This document shows, piece after piece, positions 48,412-55,125 of a DNA stretch of 64,000 bases (position 1 is its first letter; every line of letters begins with the position of its first letter). Origin of the DNA: Clostridia bacterium (GTDB taxonomy: Bacteria; Bacillota; Clostridia; Christensenellales; QALW01); assembly GCA_045594045.1 (NCBI GenBank), contig JAZNXV010000032.1:14164-78163 (forward strand), written 5' to 3'. The notes beneath the pieces are model-generated. The model ran no database searches. It was not told the DNA's origin and saw only the letters and a list, made by a program, of their open reading frames with translations. A program made the position numbers and the translations under genes.

Positions 48412-49620
48412 TTAAGATTCATCTAAAACCTGATTATTTTCAAATTGCTTTATAGCCTGGTCCATAGACTCAGTTGTAACGTGAACATAACGGTCCATCG
48501 TTGTTTTGATACTGGCATGGCCTAGTAACTTTTGCAGCACCTTCGGTTGCATACCTGCCTCGATTGCTCTTGTGGCGTAGGTATGGCGCAGAGCGTGCAT
48601 ACAAAATCGTTTGATTTTCGCTTCATCACAAAGCTTATAAAGATGTGTGTCGTAGGAACTGTTCTTTGCCGGTTCTCCTGTACGCCAATTGATAAACACA
48701 AGATTTTCCATCACAAGCTGAGAGGTGGCACCTGTTCGCCTGTCTATGTACTCAAGTGTTTCTAATAGTAAGGGAGACTTTTTCCTATGTTCACGATTAT
48801 CCCATATCTCTTTCAGAATGTTGTATGCGCGTTCTGTCAGAGGTATGGTGCGATAGCTTTGCGGTGTTTTGGGCGGTCCTGCTCGCCAATATCCTTGTTT
48901 GTGTCTGTACTCCAAAGTTTTGTTGACGGTAAGCGTACGCTTTTCAAAATCAATCGCATCCCAAGTAAGTCCTATCAGCTCACCCGTTCGCAAACCCGTC
49001 TCAAGAATCAAAGCGTATTGATTATAATTATGAGAACGCTTTGCTGCCTGAAGAAAAATCCGTTGCTCTTCACGGGTTAGGAATTTTATATCATCCTTTG
49101 CTCGAACAGGTTTTGTGTATCGAACGCCGTTCATCGGGTGCTTTATGATTAAATCATTCATCAATGCCGCTTTCAGCATCGTACCCATTGCAATATAGGT
49201 TTGTCGGATGGTTGAGCCTGCATAGGTTTCATCCATTTCCAGTAAAACCTTTTTGCAATGCATTGGCTTTACGTTAGCAATTGCCATTTTACCGATGACC
49301 GGTTGAATATTGAAGGTGTACCGTTCGCGGTAGTTTCGCAACGTGTTCGGTGCGAGATCTCCAACGATATTTTCTATCCAAAATTCAAACCATTCATCAA
49401 CCGTAGTTTCGGTCGGAACAAAAATGCCTTCATGCTTATCGGCGTACTTGCTTTCTTCAATCCAGTTGCGAGCTTCGGGAATGGTAGCGAAATATTTTTC
49501 GTGACGATTGCCTAATTTGTCAACAAATCTTGCGCTGTATAACCCATCCTTTCTTTGACGAATGCCTTTGCCGCATTCTTTACCCTTTAAATTCTTTCCC
49601 AATATGTACTCCTTTCCCAC
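48412..49620 (-). CDS. int: tyrosine-type site-specific integrase, Tn916 Int-like with N-terminal arm-binding domain
   Basis: Catalytic motifs HALRHTYAT and LLGHASIKTTMDRYVHV. The N-terminus GIRQRKDGLYSARFVDKLGNRHEKYF resembles the Tn916 Int-N domain. An alternative start is TTG 49602 behind AAGGAG. Confidence 0.9.
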   Translation of the reverse strand: MGKEYILGKNLKGKECGKGIRQRKDGLYSARFVDKLGNRHEKYFATIPEARNWIEESKYADKHEGIFVPTETTVDEWFEFWIENIVGDLAPNTLRNYRERYTFNIQPVIGKMAIANVKPMHCKKVLLEMDETYAGSTIRQTYIAMGTMLKAALMNDLIIKHPMNGVRYTKPVRAKDDIKFLTREEQRIFLQAAKRSHNYNQYALILETGLRTGELIGLTWDAIDFEKRTLTVNKTLEYRHKQGYWRAGPPKTPQSYRTIPLTERAYNILKEIWDNREHRKKSPLLLETLEYIDRRTGATSQLVMENLVFINWRTGEPAKNSSYDTHLYKLCDEAKIKRFCMHALRHTYATRAIEAGMQPKVLQKLLGHASIKTTMDRYVHVTTESMDQAIKQFENNQVLDES

Positions 49621-49717
49621 TGAGAAAAGAGCACACCGCTACACAATAAGTATAACATAAAGCGTGTCTTTTCTCAAGTGATTAAACATTATTTTTATAA
49701 TTTTTTTGATTGCCGAG

Positions 49718-49924
49718 TTATATCGTCAGTCTTGAACTGATAAACTCTTCAAACTCTTTACGTTTTACCAACTTCTTCTTACCCACAAAAAGTACGAACG
49801 GACAGTTTGGTGTGCGAAGCATCTCATCAATTTTATTAATTCCAATATTGCTGTACTCGGCGGCTTCACGTATTGTCAACGCCAACTTTTCGTGGATAGG
49901 AACCGTTTGAACATTATCTGTCAT
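49718..49924 (-). CDS. xis: excisionase (Tn916 Xis-like HTH)
   Basis: 68 aa. LTIREAAEYSNIGINKIDEML...LVKRKEFEEFI parallels Tn916 Xis [20 protein letters not shown]...IKRKQFEKII (the Tn916 sequence is recalled from memory). Confidence 0.8.
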   Translation of the reverse strand: MTDNVQTVPIHEKLALTIREAAEYSNIGINKIDEMLRTPNCPFVLFVGKKKLVKRKEFEEFISSRLTI

Positions 49925-49996
49925 ACAGTTTTATCCTCCTTTGATGTTTTTTCCGAAAACTTTTGTGGATAAAACTTGAGGAATGTTTTTTATTCA

Positions 49997-50014
49997 TTTC
50001 AAGAAAACATTAAC
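49997..50014 (-). promoter_or_regulatory. element 18-mer box GTTAATGTTTTCTTGAAA, copy a (upstream of xis-int)
   Basis: An exact 18-mer on the minus strand, about 75 nt upstream of the xis ATG. It contains the -35-like TTGAAA. Confidence 0.6.
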
Positions 50015-50060
50015 TAAATCTTCTGAAGAAAGTCGGCTAAAAAACAAAAAGAACATCACC

Positions 50061-50336
50061 GCAGTAAGTGATGTCCCCATAAAAAACACAGATATGTAGC
50101 AAAGCATGTCCCTAAAGAGAGAGTTTTTCGCAGTATGTGGTGATACCTTTTCCTTTTATTAAGCGGAGCAAAGATGACCCCGACTAAACTTATCCGTAGT
50201 AAAGGATGTCCCCACAGCATTACCACTATCCGTAGTAAAGCGTGATACCGTCTTATGAAGAAGCGTCCGCACTAAATATGTCCCTACTTATTAAGGGTAA
50301 TGCCAAAAAGATGATTTTGCAGAAATACACTCCCCC
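50061..50336 (+). repeat. array of 7 (plus 1 degenerate) iteron-like 17-18-bp direct repeats at ~35-bp spacing
   Basis: Copies start at 50061, 50096, 50130, 50165, 50196, 50232 and 50269, with a degenerate copy at 50319. The consensus is G[CT]AG[TC]AAAG-N-[AG]TG[TA][CT][CA]CC. The spacers are unrelated to one another. Confidence 0.85.
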
Positions 50337-50952
50337 TTATAGGGTAATTTTTGATTTACAATAATAATCGTACCTTATACAATGCTCAGCCGATGGAATG
50401 TTTATAAAAATCTAACTTTATCGTTCAAAATCATTAAAAAGCTTTTATTTTCGTTTTTCTATGACCAAAAGATAAAAAACTATAAAAATGATTTACTGTT
50501 CGATATGATTAGAGTTCGAGAGTTTTTTGCGCCTCTCGTTTTTGTATTTTAGACATTTTGAGAGAGCAAAATGATGCTCTGTATTTTTCACATTTACCTT
50601 CTTTTTTAGTTTTAAGAGCATCATACTTTCGGTTGCAAATGACAAAGAAATTATTTACATTTTGAGATGGGCAAGAGGGTCAGCAATCTTGTCATCCCAA
50701 AGGGACAGTCATCTTTTATAATCTCTATATGTAAATCATCGCAAATTGAATCGCACGAAATGACAGTCATTTATTCTCTCAAAACGCAAGTGAACCCCTC
50801 ATTAGAAAACGACAGTTTTCCCTATAATTAATCTCCTATTAATCTAAAAATAATCTATGAAGGTCATATACAAACGAGTACCATCTAATCATCCGGAAGA
50901 GAAAATCATCATCATTTGCAACCGACAATCATAAAAAATATCCCCATAAGAG

Positions 50953-50982
50953 AACGACCTGTGCCCGAAGGTGCAGGTCGTT
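50953..50982 (+). terminator. strong hairpin at the right end of the non-coding hub (terminator-like, plus strand)
   Basis: The 13-bp stem AACGACCTGTGCC / GGTGCAGGTCGTT has a CGAA loop. Two positions are G-U pairs on the plus-strand RNA but C-A mismatches on the minus strand. The downstream sequence AATGTTTTCTTG is only a weak U-tract. Confidence 0.5.
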
Positions 50983-50997
50983 AATGTTTTCTTGAAA
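50980..50997 (+). promoter_or_regulatory. element 18-mer box, copy b (upstream of the double-RHH-like operon)
   Basis: Exact GTTAATGTTTTCTTGAAA, about 100 nt upstream of ATG 51099. Similarity to copy a extends a further ~10 nt (TG-A-AAAA). Confidence 0.6.
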
Positions 50998-51098
50998 TGC
51001 AAAAACAAGGTCTATCAAATTTTATATGTTGAAAAATTTATTTGTGGCGGTCAAATAAGTTCTCTCAACGAAAAATTAAAAGAAAGAAGAATGTAATT

Positions 51099-51602
51099 AT
51101 GATAACTAAACATCATTTTGTACTAACAAAGAAGGAACCCGAGTTAATCGCATTTATTACCTCACTTCCAAAAGGTGAGCGCAGTAAAACGGTTATAACG
51201 ATTATGACCGAGGCGTTAGAAGATAGTGTTGCTACTATCCCTATGAATTTTAGCATAGAACCAAGCAGCCAAAATTTGCACACGAAATTTTCTCTGCCAG
51301 ATGATCTGGTAAAAAAGTTTTGCAAGAAGTTCGGTTGCACCAAGGGATCTGTTGCTCCCACAATTAAAAGAGTAATTAAAAGGTGTATCGAGAAAAATCT
51401 TGTAACGCAAGCAGAATGGAAGCTCCCGTCAGAATCCTTTGATTCAGCATTCCCAAAAATGTTTAAGCGTGACGGGGATAAATACGAGGCTTTGTTAGAT
51501 GACAAAGAAAAATACAGAAAAATGCTTAAGGAGCACAAAAGGAGCTTTCTTTTGATGAAAGACACACTTTATATAGAAAGGAAAACTAAAAATGAGGGAT
51601 AG
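51099..51602 (+). CDS. hypothetical protein, tandem ribbon-helix-helix-like repeats (paralogue 1)
   Basis: About 167 aa starting at MITKHHFVLTKKEPELIAFITSLPKGERSKTVITIMTEAL. It has two strand-helix-helix-like segments and shares DKEKYRKML with DKYRKLC in the next gene. Confidence 0.5.
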   Translation: MITKHHFVLTKKEPELIAFITSLPKGERSKTVITIMTEALEDSVATIPMNFSIEPSSQNLHTKFSLPDDLVKKFCKKFGCTKGSVAPTIKRVIKRCIEKNLVTQAEWKLPSESFDSAFPKMFKRDGDKYEALLDDKEKYRKMLKEHKRSFLLMKDTLYIERKTKNEG

Positions 51603-52230
51603 ACAAACCGTACACATTGAATTTGATAAGTCTGCTTCCGATATAATCTGTTGGATGCAAGCGTTGCCGCCTCGAACGGTCAACCAAACCGTAAACGAAA
51701 TTTTAAGTGCAGAAAGCCGTGGCAAAACGGCTCGGATTTTGCACCGATTTTCGTATACAACACAAGCAGAACCGATAGGCTGCCAATTTATTATCCGAGA
51801 CAAAGACGCTTTGGCATTCTTGGCGAAAATTCCAAAGAGGAAGAGAAAACAAGCAATTATAAACGCTATTCAAAAGCATATACGAAAAAATCAAGAAATG
51901 CCGCCCGAACCCTTCCGCATAAATGAAAAGGTTTATGAGATTCTGGAAGAATTTATACCCAAGATGGAGCAAAAGGAATTGGAGTATGCCGGGACTCCTG
52001 ATAAATATCGGAAGCTTTGCGATTGTTATACCTTGGCAAAACAAGCAATATATCGCGAGATCCACAACTGCTATCAATTTGTGGACGAAAATCGCGGCGA
52101 CCTCAACCTTAAAAATTTAGACTGCGGTAAGATTGTTGATTCCGTGTTCGAATCGGTTTTCGGAACCACAAAAAAAGATACGGTCCAAAGTAATAATCAA
52201 TATATTTTTAACAACAACTCAAATGAATAA
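51592..52230 (+). CDS. hypothetical protein, tandem ribbon-helix-helix-like repeats (paralogue 2)
   Basis: 212 aa. VHIEFDKSASDIICWMQALPPRTVNQTVNEIL and CQFIIRDKDALAFLAKIPKRKRKQAIINAIQKHI align by eye with the two segments of the preceding protein. It overlaps that gene by 11 nt. Confidence 0.5.
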   Translation: MRDRQTVHIEFDKSASDIICWMQALPPRTVNQTVNEILSAESRGKTARILHRFSYTTQAEPIGCQFIIRDKDALAFLAKIPKRKRKQAIINAIQKHIRKNQEMPPEPFRINEKVYEILEEFIPKMEQKELEYAGTPDKYRKLCDCYTLAKQAIYREIHNCYQFVDENRGDLNLKNLDCGKIVDSVFESVFGTTKKDTVQSNNQYIFNNNSNE

Positions 52231-52246
52231 AAACGGAGGTAATATT

Positions 52247-53098
52247 ATGAGTAATGAAAATGAAAATAAAACAGAATTAATGGCTATTGAACTGAACAAT
52301 CTTTTCAGCAAATTAAGCGCCAAAGAAAAGTTTGTTTTTGAAACTATTGTATCTAACGGCATTTCCGAAGAAAAAGAAGCCAAAGAAATTGTGGCTAATA
52401 TACCATTTGACGAAAATATGAGATTTATCAGCAAGGATACTGCTTGGCGTTCAATAATTACACTTGTTAAAGCGGGAATTTTCGATTTGCAAAGTATTCA
52501 TACCGGTTATCGCGTCTTTAATATTTTAAAATTAACCGATATAGGAGCTAAGCTGTATCGTCTGCAATTCAGGAAAGAACCGGCAGTGCAGGAACATATT
52601 CGACTAAGGAAAGAACATGCCAGTTACTTACATGGATATATGGTTAAGGACGTTGCAACAATCGTTGAGAAAAAGGGCTGGTATACTTGCATCTCGACCA
52701 ATCGAAAACAAAATACACTGAAAATTTCTGACGGCAGAACGCTGATACCGGACGTTATTGGAAAAAGCGGAGTAAAATTCGATTTGTATGAGGTTGAATG
52801 CGGAAATCATAATCAAGCTGATTTTAATGATAAATGTAATAAAATAATGACCGTCAGCCGAAAAATTATTATTGTCGGACAAAACAGGGATATCGTCACG
52901 AGAATTCTTAAACCGCAAGTAGAAAAATGGATTAAAACCGTTGGAAAAGGCGTGTTAAAAATGGTCGGTATGAAAGTATATCTGTTCGGTATGTCGGATT
53001 TAGCAGCAGGGCAAATAACATATTATTATGATATGAATTTTGAAGAACCTATTTGCTGTTTTAAGAAGCCGAAAAAGGAGGAAGCGACAGATGAGTAG
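52247..53098 (+). CDS. replication-relaxation (Replic_Relax)-like protein: N-terminal wHTH plus nuclease-like core
   Basis: GGAGG precedes ATG 52247. The C-terminal block LIPDVIGKSGVKFDLYEVECGNHNQADFNDKCNKI resembles the PD...E-x-D/E-x-G-T motif of Replic_Relax proteins. The match is by eye only. Confidence 0.45.
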   Translation: MSNENENKTELMAIELNNLFSKLSAKEKFVFETIVSNGISEEKEAKEIVANIPFDENMRFISKDTAWRSIITLVKAGIFDLQSIHTGYRVFNILKLTDIGAKLYRLQFRKEPAVQEHIRLRKEHASYLHGYMVKDVATIVEKKGWYTCISTNRKQNTLKISDGRTLIPDVIGKSGVKFDLYEVECGNHNQADFNDKCNKIMTVSRKIIIVGQNRDIVTRILKPQVEKWIKTVGKGVLKMVGMKVYLFGMSDLAAGQITYYYDMNFEEPICCFKKPKKEEATDE

Positions 53099-53366
53099 TA
53101 ATTTTATCAATGTTGGTAATAAGGTGTTTATCGATGCAAACAAAGTAAAGTTTATTGTGTCTGCCGATTCAGATAGAGTGCGCAAGCTCCTTTCCAAGCG
53201 AAAGTTCACAAGAACAAGTGATGAGGTGTTTGACGGAACATCGGACAAGGAAACCCGTTCCTTACTTATTTTGGATGATAATTCTTTCTGTATCTCAAGC
53301 GTGAATGCTGCCAAACTAGTTGAAAGAGCCAAAAGTGATATTGCTGAGTTGGTGGACGAAAAATAA
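53091..53366 (+). CDS. RemA/DUF370-like small DNA-binding regulator
   Basis: 91 aa behind AGGAGG. FINVGNKVFIDANKVKFIVSADSDRVRKLL...ETRSLLILDDNSFCISSVNAAKLVER parallels B. subtilis RemA [30 protein letters not shown]...[23 protein letters not shown] (the RemA sequence is recalled from memory). Confidence 0.5.
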   Translation: MSSNFINVGNKVFIDANKVKFIVSADSDRVRKLLSKRKFTRTSDEVFDGTSDKETRSLLILDDNSFCISSVNAAKLVERAKSDIAELVDEK

Positions 53367-53422
53367 GATGAAAAGTAAAATCGGTGCCGTATTACTGCGA
53401 CACCGATTTTAGTCAATAAATA

Positions 53423-53854
53423 TTATACTCTTGGTTCTCCATACTCTCTGCGCATAGCACTCATGGAAACGACCCACTGTTTACCAAACTTACACACGTC
53501 AACGCCTTCAACTAATTTACCATAGCTGATGGCTTTTCTGAGTGTGCTTTCGTTCAGAGCCCAAAGGTCAGTGGCATCACTGAATGCCATAAGACCATCA
53601 AAGGGAGTTTCTACCTCAACGCCGTTCTCCCATAGTTCATCACAGGAGAGATCTAAATCATCATTCCATACGATGCCGTGGCCGCCTACATCAACGATAA
53701 CCTCAGAGAACAGGTGAGGATCCTTCAACTCCGCAAAGAATGGTATGCGTTCAAACAAAGGCTTCACATCGTATATCTTAGTGCACCCTTCTACAAACTG
53801 AACGCTTAAGCGATATTCAGGCAACGGAGAAATATTTTTGATCTTATGAAACAT
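53423..53854 (-). CDS. DUF2442 domain protein with C-terminal HTH
   Basis: N-terminal DUF2442-like domain (ISPLPEYRLSVQFVEGCTKIYDVKPLF...). The C-terminus ATDLWALNESTLRKAISYGKLVEGVDVCKFGKQWVV is a typical Firmicute HTH. Confidence 0.65.
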   Translation of the reverse strand: MFHKIKNISPLPEYRLSVQFVEGCTKIYDVKPLFERIPFFAELKDPHLFSEVIVDVGGHGIVWNDDLDLSCDELWENGVEVETPFDGLMAFSDATDLWALNESTLRKAISYGKLVEGVDVCKFGKQWVVSMSAMRREYGEPRV

Positions 53855-53864
53855 AATAGCCTCC

Positions 53865-54170
53865 TTACTCTAACGGAGGAAGATGCTTGAAATCCTGAGT
53901 TTCCCAAATAGCAACGAGCTCGTTTTTGTGAAGGGATATCCATTCTCTTACCATTTCAAGCGCTTTAGAAGGCAAAGCACCTTCCAACACCTTTCCGTCA
54001 GCGATTGTGATTGCCGCCATATCATCGCCGTAAATTGCGTGGATATGCGGCGGATTGTGTTCCTTTTGTAAAAAGTACATACGGATTGTAATTCCGTAAA
54101 ATCTTGATAATACTGGCACTTCATCCACTCCTTTCAATTGCATTATATCACGGTATCGTGATATTGTCAA
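53865..54170 (-). CDS. DUF4160 domain protein
   Basis: FYGITIRMYFLQKEHNPPHIHAIYGD is the DUF4160 hallmark. It is paired with the DUF2442 gene. Confidence 0.7.
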   Translation of the reverse strand: MTISRYRDIMQLKGVDEVPVLSRFYGITIRMYFLQKEHNPPHIHAIYGDDMAAITIADGKVLEGALPSKALEMVREWISLHKNELVAIWETQDFKHLPPLE

Positions 54171-54207
54171 TATGTCTTGCTAATATTATTGTATACAAAA
54201 AAGTGTT

Positions 54208-54225
54208 GTTAATGTTTTCTTGAAA
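54208..54225 (+). promoter_or_regulatory. element 18-mer box, copy c (upstream of the serine recombinase gene)
   Basis: Exact GTTAATGTTTTCTTGAAA. TTGAAA is followed 18 bp later by TATATT, about 55 nt upstream of ATG 54309. Confidence 0.6.
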
Positions 54226-54281
54226 GACGAATTTTGTGTTTCCTATATTATCTCAAAACAAAAATAGCCTGAACATTGTAA

Positions 54282-54923
<642 letters not shown>

Positions 54924-54926
54924 GAA

Positions 54927-54960
54927 ACGGCTATCAAAAGGTGTACCTTTTGATAGCCGT
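54927..54960. promoter_or_regulatory. IRL: palindromic candidate recombination site (also a possible terminator of the recombinase gene)
   Basis: ACGGCTATCAAAAGGT-GT-ACCTTTTGATAGCCGT, with 16-bp arms around a central GT (54943-54944), followed by TTTTAT. Confidence 0.6.
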
Positions 54961-54972
54961 TTTATGATGTAC

Positions 54973-55001
54973 ATTATATCATAAAACACTTGGAAGCGCA
55001 A
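54973..55001 (-). promoter_or_regulatory. near-consensus promoter inside the candidate invertible cassette, currently facing away from the surface-protein gene
   Basis: On the minus strand: TTGCGC (55001-54996), 17-bp spacer, TGaTATAAT extended -10 (hexamer 54978-54973). Confidence 0.55.
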
Positions 55002-55076
55002 CATAAAAAAATGAAAAATATTGAATTTTGTCTTTTATTATCTAAAAACGCAAAAAGTATTTGAATTAATAAATTA

Positions 55077-55102
55077 TTCTCAAAAGGTACACCTTTTGAG
55101 AA
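55077..55102. promoter_or_regulatory. IRR: palindromic candidate recombination site, inverted copy of the IRL core
   Basis: TTCTCAAAAGGT-AC-ACCTTTTGAGAA. The 20-bp core 55080-55099 is the exact reverse complement of 54934-54953. Confidence 0.6.
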
Positions 55103-55125
55103 ATGTTGGAAATGGAGGCGTTTAT

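Noticed and set aside
49621-49717. The hairpin TGAGAAAAGA...TCTTTTCTCA between xis and int as a terminator separating the two genes
   Set aside because: The 10-bp stem is real, but no U-tract follows it on the minus strand and the loop is ~37 nt. It is more likely an RNA-processing or translational-coupling feature, or a coincidence, and the evidence is too weak to annotate.
50061-50336. A mini-CRISPR array, or a type III toxin-antitoxin (ToxI-like) repeat RNA
   Set aside because: The repeats are only 17-18 bp and are degenerate, with about 60-80% identity between copies. Spacers are ~17 bp, and there are no cas genes and no ToxN/AbiE-type endoribonuclease gene nearby. ToxI-type repeats are near-identical across the entire ~36-nt unit, whereas here only half of each unit is conserved.
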